Of a DNA stretch of 64,000 nucleotides, positions 9,383-17,742 are shown piece after piece. The notes below the pieces were generated by a model that searched no databases, was not told the origin of the DNA, and saw only the letters and a program-made list of their open reading frames with translations. A program made the translations under genes and the position numbers. Every line of letters begins with the position of its first letter. Within the stretch, counting starts at the first letter, position 1. Location of the stretch: the sequence record NC_061443.1. One strand, 5' to 3'.

Positions 9383-9597
9383 TGGCCTGTGCAGGTTGTG
9401 GCCGTCGTAGCTCTCGCATTAGTTACAACGGCAGTTCTGCTCCTCAGACAGAAATGGAAGAGGACGATACGTTGAGCGCTGCGCGTTTGACACCTCATGG
9501 CTGGGTACGCACTTGCGTTAAGTGTGGTGCTATCTCCGAGCCTTCACCTTTTGCAGAGAACATTGAAAAGCCTTGTGACTGCAAAACAGACGAGTGA
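9382..9597 (+). CDS. small Cys-rich (Zn-binding) protein
   Basis: CAGC, CVKC, CDC motifs; TAATG overlap. Confidence 0.65.
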   Translation: MACAGCGRRSSRISYNGSSAPQTEMEEDDTLSAARLTPHGWVRTCVKCGAISEPSPFAENIEKPCDCKTDE

Positions 9598-10820
9598 TCA
9601 TGATGAACAATCTCGTTGGTACTGCTGTAGCTTTAGATCATTGTCGCTTCTACGTGGAGAACATGGTCAACCTTCAATTCGAGCAACCGCTGGCATCCAT
9701 TCCGCCAGAGCCTCCATACAACGAACCGATTAACTCTCGTGTTCTGCACTCTTTGATTGACGGCATTCAGACCGCGTTCGACAATGCAATCAGCCGCACT
9801 GATCTGCAATTCCCTTACGCACCGATTCTATACCGCTTTCGTTCTATTTACGGCGTGTACTGTAATCAGTATCTGGATGAGGCAACAATCAAACGTGCTA
9901 AGTCCGAACGTCCTGCGGGCTTCCCTGCTTCTCAGTCTGTTCCTGTTCGCGTCGAAAACGAACACGACAAAGAGTTCGCTGTACGTTTCCTCAGGCATAC
10001 TGCCGATCAAGTCAGCGCGTTCCTGTACATGGTTAGTATAGACCAGTACGCTCGTGAGCAAACAGACTGCTGGTTGCCTGCACCTCCCGATGCGTTTGAT
10101 TTGCCAAAAGCTATTTTGCTTGTGGGTAACGGTGTGGCGTACACCTCCGTGCACAACGAGCTGGTCAATCACTTGATGGAAGCGATGTTGAAAACGTACA
10201 GTGACACGCTGGACATTCATGTATCGCTGCGCGACTACGGTGTGTCTGTGTTGTTCCCGCTGGTGGCTGAATGCCGCAACGTGCTATACGCTGCATGGCC
10301 TATTCCCTCACGTCAGCCTCAGTTCAAGGATAGTGGTGAACACGTAACGTTTGATGATCTGCCTGTTGATGACGACGAGGAAGAGTTCGAGCCGATCCCA
10401 CCAATGGGACCTACGTTCGAGAATCAAGCTGAGTGGGTAACTACCGCAACTGAGATTGCGCAGTCATTCAATCTGCAAGCGTTTGCCGATGATGGAGATT
10501 CCTCTTTCGTACTCAAACCTGTATTGTATAAAAGCGGTGATGACTTCTTGTTCTGGTCAGAGGAGCAGATAACAGGAAAAGTTATCCTTGATATCGCGAT
10601 CAGTCCAATTATAGGTCAAGCCTATGAAGACATGGACGTTAAACTTCGTAGTGTTGGTAAAACACTTAGGGAGTATGCTGAAAAGCATAGTTGTCATATC
10701 ATCTCTCGTTACATCGAACAAGAAGATCAAATCATCGGTGCGTTATTCCGAGTTCGTCGTAACATCGACTTCCCTAATTCGCCGCTCGAAGTGACTACCC
10801 ACGTGGAGATAGCACTATGA
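9594..10820 (+). CDS. hypothetical protein; C-terminal domain paralogous to the next gene
   Basis: long ORF, GTGA overlap; shared TFE.Q..W ... KV.LDI.I ... GAL.RV.RN.DFP. Confidence 0.8.
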   Translation: MIMMNNLVGTAVALDHCRFYVENMVNLQFEQPLASIPPEPPYNEPINSRVLHSLIDGIQTAFDNAISRTDLQFPYAPILYRFRSIYGVYCNQYLDEATIKRAKSERPAGFPASQSVPVRVENEHDKEFAVRFLRHTADQVSAFLYMVSIDQYAREQTDCWLPAPPDAFDLPKAILLVGNGVAYTSVHNELVNHLMEAMLKTYSDTLDIHVSLRDYGVSVLFPLVAECRNVLYAAWPIPSRQPQFKDSGEHVTFDDLPVDDDEEEFEPIPPMGPTFENQAEWVTTATEIAQSFNLQAFADDGDSSFVLKPVLYKSGDDFLFWSEEQITGKVILDIAISPIIGQAYEDMDVKLRSVGKTLREYAEKHSCHIISRYIEQEDQIIGALFRVRRNIDFPNSPLEVTTHVEIAL

Positions 10821-11341
10821 CAGATCAAGTAATCACATTTGAAGACCAGCAGAGCTGGGAAGACTTCGGCAGTGCTGTCTACGAAGAATTTCGTTTGAAC
10901 ACTATGACCGGCAGTAGTCTCGCTATGCAGGTTCCAGAAGTCGGTCCGAACGAAGGTGTTAAACATGCGTTGACCTACCACACGTTGACGCAATGGTCTG
11001 AAAAAGTTGTGCTGGACATTTTGATCAACGAAGTAGCGCTGGCCGAAGGTGAGTCACGCAACTACGATGACGCTACTCTGGATGCTGCCGTACGCAAAGT
11101 CGTAGCGCTGTATCAGGCACGAGCGCGTGATCTCAAGTGTCACATTACAGGCCAGTTCCTGACAGAAGAAAACAATGTGGTTGGTGCGTTGCTGCGCGTC
11201 TATCGCAATGAAGACTTCCCATGTACTGGTCATCCTGAACTGCTGTATGGAAAACCAATAGGTATGTATCACTGCGATAAGTGTCGTGAGATGCAGGTCG
11301 CTGGTACATTCCATCTGCCGCTGGAGAACGACAATGGTTAA
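10817..11341 (+). CDS. hypothetical protein with C-terminal Zn ribbon
   Basis: FPCTGH...HCDKC; GGAG RBS. Confidence 0.8.
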   Translation: MTDQVITFEDQQSWEDFGSAVYEEFRLNTMTGSSLAMQVPEVGPNEGVKHALTYHTLTQWSEKVVLDILINEVALAEGESRNYDDATLDAAVRKVVALYQARARDLKCHITGQFLTEENNVVGALLRVYRNEDFPCTGHPELLYGKPIGMYHCDKCREMQVAGTFHLPLENDNG

Positions 11342-11801
11342 AGGTGGGTTATGGCGTGTCTTCCCTGACTATGACTCGGAAGAGATGCTGATGAAGCTGG
11401 GCGCTGCTATCGGTATTGAGCACGATGATGACGAAGGCCCAGGCGAGTTGCACGTTACTCTGGCTTACGATGACTCTAATCCAGACGTCAAAGCGGAGCA
11501 GAACGATGCTGGCGAGTTCTTCGCAATCGTCAACGGAGCTGAACTGTTTGGTGAAGGGCAGGATAAGATTCTGGTACTCGTACTTGACTCTCCTGACCTG
11601 ATTGCAGAGCATGATCGCATTCACGCCTGTGGTGCCGCTAAGTTCTCATTCAAGCCGTACCGTCCGCACGTTACGCTATTGAAGCAAGCCAAAGACAGTC
11701 AGGTTGAACATCTGAATCAGATCATTCAACACCCAGGCCGTCCTCCAATCACTCTGCGTTTCATCGAAGAAGATCGCAAGGTACTGGAGAAGCGTAACTA
11801 A
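11334..11801 (+). CDS. 2H phosphoesterase, T4 gp57B/Acb1-like anti-CBASS nuclease candidate
   Basis: two HxT motifs (LHVTLAY, PHVTLL); LVLVLDSPDLIAEH...YRPHVTL parallels T4 57B [14 protein letters not shown]...YTPHITL (recalled sequence). Confidence 0.75.
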   Translation: MVKGGLWRVFPDYDSEEMLMKLGAAIGIEHDDDEGPGELHVTLAYDDSNPDVKAEQNDAGEFFAIVNGAELFGEGQDKILVLVLDSPDLIAEHDRIHACGAAKFSFKPYRPHVTLLKQAKDSQVEHLNQIIQHPGRPPITLRFIEEDRKVLEKRN

Positions 11802-11852
11802 ATCCTAGCGGTGGCCATGTGCTGCCGCTTTTGTCATTCTGGAGATATTTCT

Positions 11853-12182
11853 ATGGAAATGCTCGTAAGCCTTAGCCACGAAATTCGCGTAGAGAAACAG
11901 GACAACGCTGCAACAGAAGCGCAGACGCAGGGACCAACTGACGCGCAACAAACAGCATTGGACATCCAAGAGCAACGTCGTATCGTAGAAGAATATGGTA
12001 TCGACGCTTCGAAAGAGGAAGTTGCTGACAAAGAGAAAGACCGCATCGAGCGTGAAGAAGAACAGGCAGATGAAAAACGCATTAAGCCTCCAGCAGATCT
12101 CGGTCAACGTAAGCCAATCGAAGATAAAGACCTGACAGCGACTGACATCCAAAATCAGCACGATAACCTGACGAAGATTTAG
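11853..12182 (+). CDS. acidic hypothetical protein with N-terminal VSLS motif
   Basis: GGAG RBS before ATG 11853 (MEMLVSLSHE). Confidence 0.75.
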   Translation: MEMLVSLSHEIRVEKQDNAATEAQTQGPTDAQQTALDIQEQRRIVEEYGIDASKEEVADKEKDRIEREEEQADEKRIKPPADLGQRKPIEDKDLTATDIQNQHDNLTKI

Positions 12183-12186
12183 GAAA

Positions 12187-12195
12187 CTGTAAATA
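12187..12195 (+). promoter_or_regulatory. CTGTAAATA box upstream of the sigma factor gene
   Basis: intergenic, 41 nt before ATG 12228. Confidence 0.65.
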
Positions 12196-12227
12196 AGAGT
12201 CAAAGCAACTAACAGGTGTATTTGACC

Positions 12228-13265
12228 ATGAACAATAAGTCGAATCTCACAGGCGGTCAGATAGAAAGCGTCATGGACACCATGTTGCATGACTGCCTGT
12301 GTGAAATCGTTGAGAACACGGACATATTCGACGTCCAGCTTACCTATTTATTGGGTCTGGTAACGTCGAATAAGAAACGAAAGCCATACAACGCTGAGAC
12401 ACGCGACCGTGCGATTAGCTTGTTGATTCGAGCACTCTCTGTCCCTCGTGATCAGAAAATGGTTTTCATCCGGGAACTTAAAATGGAGCGTAACTTCATT
12501 TACGTCTTCCTGGAAAATGTAATTAAACGGTACTACACGGTCTATGTCGGACTGTATCGCGCATTCATTACAACGCAAGATTCGACCAAGCGTGTTGCGT
12601 ATTCAAAACGACTTGACGTGTATGTGAAAATGTTTGGTGCCGAGTCGCGTTCAAAGTTATTCGTCGCGCTCTGCCGTCTGAACGATCTACTACCGCAGTT
12701 CATGGAATACTTCCACTCGGTAGTTGCTGACTTCTATCGTCTGTGCAGCAAGCAGACCAAGTTCTATGTTGATACCAATCGTGGTAAGCTCTACGACAGC
12801 AAAGACGTGCGCCAGAACTTCCTGCGTAACGTTATCATTGCAATCAACAAGTATGACTCGTCGCGTGGTGCGATAGTGAGTTATACGAAGTGGTGGATTC
12901 TTAACGCACAAACCTGTAGCAGTAGTGAGCATGAATATGGCATCGCGTACACTATCCCCCAGACTCAACGTAAGAAACTGGCGACAGGTGAAGACACTAC
13001 TTCTCTGAATTTCTCGGTAAGTCTCGATACTCCAGCGAACGAGTCTGATGAAGGGGCGGACGCGTCCTTGCATCAAAAGGTGAGTGACCATCATCACCTA
13101 GAAGATCACGTTGATAGTGAAAGACGTACCGAAAAACTGAGACTGCTTATTAAGCGCGTTGACCCTCTGGGCGTTGCTCGACTGACGATGGACGTTGGTG
13201 AGGAGTTCGATAAGTTTGAAATCGATCTCATGCGTAGACATATGCAAGCTCAAGGGCTAGCCTAA
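12228..13265 (+). CDS. phage sigma70-family RNA polymerase sigma factor
   Basis: DVRQNFLRNVIIAINKYDSSRGAIVSYTKWWI resembles sigma70 region 2 (DLIQEG...AVEKFD..RG..FSTYATWWI); no clear region 4 HTH. Confidence 0.7.
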   Translation: MNNKSNLTGGQIESVMDTMLHDCLCEIVENTDIFDVQLTYLLGLVTSNKKRKPYNAETRDRAISLLIRALSVPRDQKMVFIRELKMERNFIYVFLENVIKRYYTVYVGLYRAFITTQDSTKRVAYSKRLDVYVKMFGAESRSKLFVALCRLNDLLPQFMEYFHSVVADFYRLCSKQTKFYVDTNRGKLYDSKDVRQNFLRNVIIAINKYDSSRGAIVSYTKWWILNAQTCSSSEHEYGIAYTIPQTQRKKLATGEDTTSLNFSVSLDTPANESDEGADASLHQKVSDHHHLEDHVDSERRTEKLRLLIKRVDPLGVARLTMDVGEEFDKFEIDLMRRHMQAQGLA

Positions 13266-13267
13266 AA

Positions 13268-13276
13268 CTGTAAACA
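13268..13276 (+). promoter_or_regulatory. CTGTAAACA box upstream of SSB
   Basis: intergenic, 47 nt before ATG 13315. Confidence 0.6.
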
Positions 13277-13314
13277 GTGCATATCATAGCACAACTCAAT
13301 ATTGAGGAAATATA

Positions 13315-14583
13315 ATGGCACGTGGATTTGGTGACATTCAGGACAACAGCAAACGTGATAGTCTGCGTGAGTCCGAAATCTTTGAAATCTTCCCGCTCTC
13401 AAAGAAAGCAAACGGCAACTGGGTATCAATCCGCCTGTTAGATCTCGACCTGCTTCCTATCAAGAAGCACTGGATCAAGATCATGGGCGGCAAAGACAAA
13501 GATAAAGAAATCAAAATCCCGCGCATGTGCGTCAGCTTCGATCCGGACAATCAGAACAAACCTCTGAACGGTATGAAGTGTCCGTACTGCGGTATTGCAC
13601 ATGGCAACGACGAATCCGGTGCGCCCGCGCAGTACGACTACAAGTGGTATGCGCAAGCGATCATCCGTGACGAGCAAGCCGCCGCGCCACGTAAAATGCC
13701 GAAGCTCACTAAGAAAGAGCAGAAATCCGGCAAGAAAGAAATGGGTAGCGAATCATGGACCCCGGTCATGTGTATTCCGCTGTCTAACTCTCTGGCGCAG
13801 AAAATCAAAGACCTGGGTGAGCGCAACATTCACACGGTCAAAGATAAGAAGTCTGGCAAGAAGTCTAAGCAGGCATTCCAGGTCAACCATCCGAAGTACG
13901 GTTGTGATATCGAAATCAAATACAACCCGAAAAAATCTCCTGCCGAGCGTTACACGCTTGAGCGCGGTGACCCATCTCCACTGACCGGTGACGAGAAAGA
14001 ATATCTGACCTGGGACTTCGACAACTGGAACGAAATCTACGACATGCTCGGCCGTCTGAATGAAGAAGCTGCAATGGCTGACTTCAAGAAGATGGACGTT
14101 ATCGGCGTTAACACCAATGATTCTGACGATGGTGATGACGAAGATGAAGACGACGACATGGCGCTGGGTCGTGGCAAGAAGGGTGCTAAAGGCGATAAGA
14201 AAAAACGCCGCAGCGACGATGACGATGACGACGAAGATGAAGACGAAGATGATCGTCCGTCCAAGAAGTCTAAAAAGTCCAAGCCGACCAAGTCGCGCAA
14301 AATGCTGGACGATGATGAAGACGACGAAGATGATGAAGATGAAGACGAAGATGATCGTCCATCTAAAAAATCCAAGAAGTCTGCTAAGTCCAGCAAGTCT
14401 TCTAAGTCGTCCAAGAAGTCTAAGAAGTCAGATGATGACGACGAAGACGAAGACGACAAGCCTGCCAAGAAGAAAAAGAAATCTTCTGACAAGGTGAAAT
14501 CATCCGATAAGAAGAAAAAGAAAAAGTCTTCTGATGACGATGACGACGACAAGCCAGCGAAGAAGAAAAAGAAGAAAAAGTAA
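13315..14583 (+). CDS. gp32-like single-stranded DNA-binding protein with long charged tail
   Basis: N-terminal G.W..IRLL...H...C....CPYC pattern typical of T4 gp32-like SSBs; located directly upstream of recA; D/E and K blocks in the C-terminal third. Confidence 0.65.
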   Translation: MARGFGDIQDNSKRDSLRESEIFEIFPLSKKANGNWVSIRLLDLDLLPIKKHWIKIMGGKDKDKEIKIPRMCVSFDPDNQNKPLNGMKCPYCGIAHGNDESGAPAQYDYKWYAQAIIRDEQAAAPRKMPKLTKKEQKSGKKEMGSESWTPVMCIPLSNSLAQKIKDLGERNIHTVKDKKSGKKSKQAFQVNHPKYGCDIEIKYNPKKSPAERYTLERGDPSPLTGDEKEYLTWDFDNWNEIYDMLGRLNEEAAMADFKKMDVIGVNTNDSDDGDDEDEDDDMALGRGKKGAKGDKKKRRSDDDDDDEDEDEDDRPSKKSKKSKPTKSRKMLDDDEDDEDDEDEDEDDRPSKKSKKSAKSSKSSKSSKKSKKSDDDDEDEDDKPAKKKKKSSDKVKSSDKKKKKKSSDDDDDDKPAKKKKKKK

Positions 14584-14593
14584 TTCGTGTAAC

Positions 14594-14620
14594 GGGGTAG
14601 CTTAGGCTGCCCCTTCTTTT
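14594..14620 (+). terminator. intrinsic terminator
   Basis: GGGGTAGC-TTAG-GCTGCCCC followed by TTCTTTT. Confidence 0.75.
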
Positions 14621-14641
14621 CTCAATCTGGACTATCCCACA

Positions 14642-17164
14642 ATGGCGAAAGTGAACAACAAGGCCGAGAAAAAGGCCGAGAAGAAAGCTAAAGTTAAAGC
14701 GAAGAAAGGCGGAGCCGAAGCAGTAGCATCTGACGATGTTGGTGGCGTAGAGCTGCTGGGCTTTGACTTAGCAAGCCTGATGGACGATGTGCTTGACGGC
14801 ATCGAGAAGAAAACGAAAGTAAGTTCGCAAGACGCAGCACGACACGCACCTCGTATTTCGACTGGTTGCCTTGCGCTTGACATGTACCTCAGCGGCGGTA
14901 TCGTACCTGGCGGATGGTATACGTTCAGCGGCGGCGAGCAGTCCTGTAAGTCTACAATGACCATGAGCATTATGGCGAGCTTGATTCGTCTGAAATACTC
15001 TGGCATTAGCGTAGTGTTCGACTATGAAGGTTCAACCGATGCAGAGTACGTTGCTGGTCAGTTGAAAACGTTTGGCGTTAAGGTTGACCCGAAAACTATC
15101 TTCGGTGTGCGTGACGACAAAGATGGTAGCTGGATCGTTAAGCCTAAGATTCGCTACTATGCACCAGACAACGGTGAGCGCTTCTTCGACTACATGTCCA
15201 TGTTGCGTCGTCGTCTGCCTGATAAGATCGTAGAGAAAGATGGCTCTGCGTATTACCTCTTTGAGAACAACAAAGAGAACGCGAAGAAAGTTGCTGGCAA
15301 GTACGACAAGAAATGGTTCAGTCGTAACAACCAGTTCAAAGTACCTGCGAACGACGGTCATATGCAGGCTATGGTTATCGTTGACTCTTATCCAGCGATG
15401 CTGCCTGATCAGGTCGATGATGATGACGGTTCGAAAGCAATGGCGTTGCAAGCGCGTATGTTCTCTGACGGCATCAAACGTTTCCGTGGCGGTATGCGTC
15501 GTAAGATGATGACCATCGTGGGCGTTAACCAGTTGCGCCAGAAGCCTGCTGTAATGTTCGGCAGCCCTGAGTATGAACCTGGAGGCGATGCGTTGAAGTT
15601 CTACTGCTTCGACCGGGACACTCTGATTCGTACCGACCACGGCGTGTTGACTGCGCCTCAGATCAAAGAGCTGCTAGACGCTGGCACCGAAGTCTCTGTT
15701 GAATCGTTCGACGGTTATCAGAAGATCAACGGCGCATGGCTTGTCGATGACGCACCGTTCCCGTTCGAGTTGAACGCTGGTGGTCATGTGTATGTTGGCT
15801 CGGCAGAACATCGCCAGTTCACTCTCATGCACGACCTGACTGCCGAAGGTACTCCTGTGCTGCGTCCTGAGTGGAACACGCTCAATCAACTGGCGCAGCA
15901 TCCAGAATCGCAAGGTCAGTACGCTGCTTTACGTGTACCACCTGTTAAGGAACTGAAAGAGAAAGTTCCTGATGCCTTTGATGAAGCTAACGGCTTTATC
16001 TGCGCGTTGATTGAAACGTATAAGCCTGTCAGTCGTCAACTACCTCTGGTAACTCACGGCGATACAACGTTTGCTGCGAATTGCCTGTACATCGACATGA
16101 GCACCAGTGAGGACGATTCGTCATTCTGGGTTCAACGTCTGCTGGACATTGGCATCTTTGCGTATTCAGACGAAACGGGCATCTGGTTGCCAGGTCTGTA
16201 TGAGCACGAACTGACTGCGGCGCTTGCTGCCGACGAACTCGGTGCGTTTGCTGGTATCAGCTTTGAAGCGACCTGTCGTCAACGTCAGACTCAAATGCTG
16301 ACCGTGATTGTCGATCACTTCCCTGAGCTGGTGCGTTACGTTCTGGACTATCAGTTGCAGACAGGCGAAGACAAAATCTATCTGGCGCCTGAGAACGACT
16401 TCGCTCAAGCGCTTGATCTGATTCTGCACAAAGAGATCGCTGGCTACGATGACATGTACGACCTGCTGATGTTCCAGCTGGCGTATGTTGATGACTGGTA
16501 TAACTTCGACTCTGCAATTCTGCCTGTGCCGTTTACGCTTCGTGCGCTTGACGAACAACGCGAGTTCTGGGATGTGAACGTTGAAGAAACTGCGGTAGTT
16601 ATTACCAACGGCTTCGTGTCTCATAACAGTGACGTGCGTGTGCGTCTGGCTTCTCGTGCTGTGCCTGAAGGTTGGCCGAAGCTGAAAGATGCTCCAGGCA
16701 TCGTTGGTGAGAAGTCTGTTACCGTAGAAGGTGGTACTGACCGATACCGCTTCATCGCTGCTAAGACCATCAAGAACAAGATGGGCGGCATCCCGAACCA
16801 GCAGACGTGGTTACGTTTGTGGGAAGCTGATGGTAACGGCGAAGCGCGTGGCTTTGACCCAGTGTTTGACACATGGCACTATCTGAAAACTCTCGGCCTC
16901 GTTAACGGTAGCCGTAAGTCGTTCAAACTGAAAGCGCCATGCCCTCTCGCATCCGATGTTAAGATGGACTGGGATGACTTCCGTACTCTTATCAACGGCA
17001 GCAAAGAGCAAGTTGTCGGCGTGTGTAAGAAACTGAAAGTCAAACCATCTGGCCTTCGCCTGTGGTGCTTCAAGTTCGTTCAGTCCACTAAGGGCAACGA
17101 AATGTTGAAGAACGCAATCAGTAAGTCCGCCAAAAGCTCTGATGATGACGGCGACGACGATTAA
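14642..17164 (+). CDS. recA: RecA/UvsX-family recombinase with intein
   Basis: RISTG...LD..L.GG, Walker A GGEQSCKST, IVDSYPAML, MALQARM, VNQLRQK, GGDALKFY; extein resumes as SDVRVRL and ..KNK. Confidence 0.92.
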   Translation: MAKVNNKAEKKAEKKAKVKAKKGGAEAVASDDVGGVELLGFDLASLMDDVLDGIEKKTKVSSQDAARHAPRISTGCLALDMYLSGGIVPGGWYTFSGGEQSCKSTMTMSIMASLIRLKYSGISVVFDYEGSTDAEYVAGQLKTFGVKVDPKTIFGVRDDKDGSWIVKPKIRYYAPDNGERFFDYMSMLRRRLPDKIVEKDGSAYYLFENNKENAKKVAGKYDKKWFSRNNQFKVPANDGHMQAMVIVDSYPAMLPDQVDDDDGSKAMALQARMFSDGIKRFRGGMRRKMMTIVGVNQLRQKPAVMFGSPEYEPGGDALKFYCFDRDTLIRTDHGVLTAPQIKELLDAGTEVSVESFDGYQKINGAWLVDDAPFPFELNAGGHVYVGSAEHRQFTLMHDLTAEGTPVLRPEWNTLNQLAQHPESQGQYAALRVPPVKELKEKVPDAFDEANGFICALIETYKPVSRQLPLVTHGDTTFAANCLYIDMSTSEDDSSFWVQRLLDIGIFAYSDETGIWLPGLYEHELTAALAADELGAFAGISFEATCRQRQTQMLTVIVDHFPELVRYVLDYQLQTGEDKIYLAPENDFAQALDLILHKEIAGYDDMYDLLMFQLAYVDDWYNFDSAILPVPFTLRALDEQREFWDVNVEETAVVITNGFVSHNSDVRVRLASRAVPEGWPKLKDAPGIVGEKSVTVEGGTDRYRFIAAKTIKNKMGGIPNQQTWLRLWEADGNGEARGFDPVFDTWHYLKTLGLVNGSRKSFKLKAPCPLASDVKMDWDDFRTLINGSKEQVVGVCKKLKVKPSGLRLWCFKFVQSTKGNEMLKNAISKSAKSSDDDGDDD
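15605..16627 (+). mobile_element. intein (341 aa) in RecA
   Basis: begins CFDRDTLI (block A) right after ALKFY; ends ITNGFVSHN followed by Ser +1. Confidence 0.92.
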
Positions 17165-17169
17165 TCCCT

Positions 17170-17189
17170 GAGCGGGCTTCGGCCTGCTC
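17170..17189 (+). terminator. hairpin after recA
   Basis: GAGCGGGC-TTCG-GCCTGCTC; no U tract. Confidence 0.55.
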
Positions 17190-17207
17190 CCCACTCTGGA
17201 GTAAGAA

Positions 17208-17636
17208 ATGCGTACTCAAATCTACACCGCTGATATCGTTAATCTGGAGACCGTCGTCGTTGATGACGAAGGCCAAGAGACACGTAGCCCTACCATCGTT
17301 CCTAATCTCGAAGGCGAACGCGATCTGACTGTCAGCACGCTCGGTACTATCATGGCTACGGTGCAAGCGGAACCAAACGCTGATGCTCGCATGATCGTTC
17401 TGGTGTCTCGCGCTCTGGTCCCTGCATTCGCAGATCCTGAAGGTGACCTGTTCGATATCTTCGACCCAATCGAACGTGTTGCTGATGTTGTTGCTGGGAA
17501 TGTTGGTAGCATTCTCGGTATGCAGGTAGTAATCAACGATAAGTCTGACGACAACGTTCTGGCTATCGCTGATGTTCTCGACAACGAAGCTGGTGTTACC
17601 ATTCGTACCTACGGCGCTGCTGTTATTAGTGCGTAA
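17208..17636 (+). CDS. acidic hypothetical protein
   Basis: GGAG RBS. Confidence 0.8.
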   Translation: MRTQIYTADIVNLETVVVDDEGQETRSPTIVPNLEGERDLTVSTLGTIMATVQAEPNADARMIVLVSRALVPAFADPEGDLFDIFDPIERVADVVAGNVGSILGMQVVINDKSDDNVLAIADVLDNEAGVTIRTYGAAVISA

Positions 17637-17679
17637 GTAAATCGTGTGCGAGAGAATGCCCTTTCGCACACACTCTTAT

Positions 17680-17732
17680 CTCGATAGGCAATGCGCCACG
17701 AGAAAACAAACCACTCGATAGGCAATGCGCCA
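17680..17732 (+). repeat. two perfect 19-bp direct repeats CTCGATAGGCAATGCGCCA
   Basis: copies at 17680-17698 and 17714-17732 (34-bp period), ending at the RBS of 17743. Confidence 0.9.
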
Positions 17733-17742
17733 GGAGTAATGT

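Noticed and set aside
17680-17732. CRISPR mini-array
   Set aside because: Only two 19-bp repeats with a 15-nt spacer, too short for a CRISPR; no cas operon
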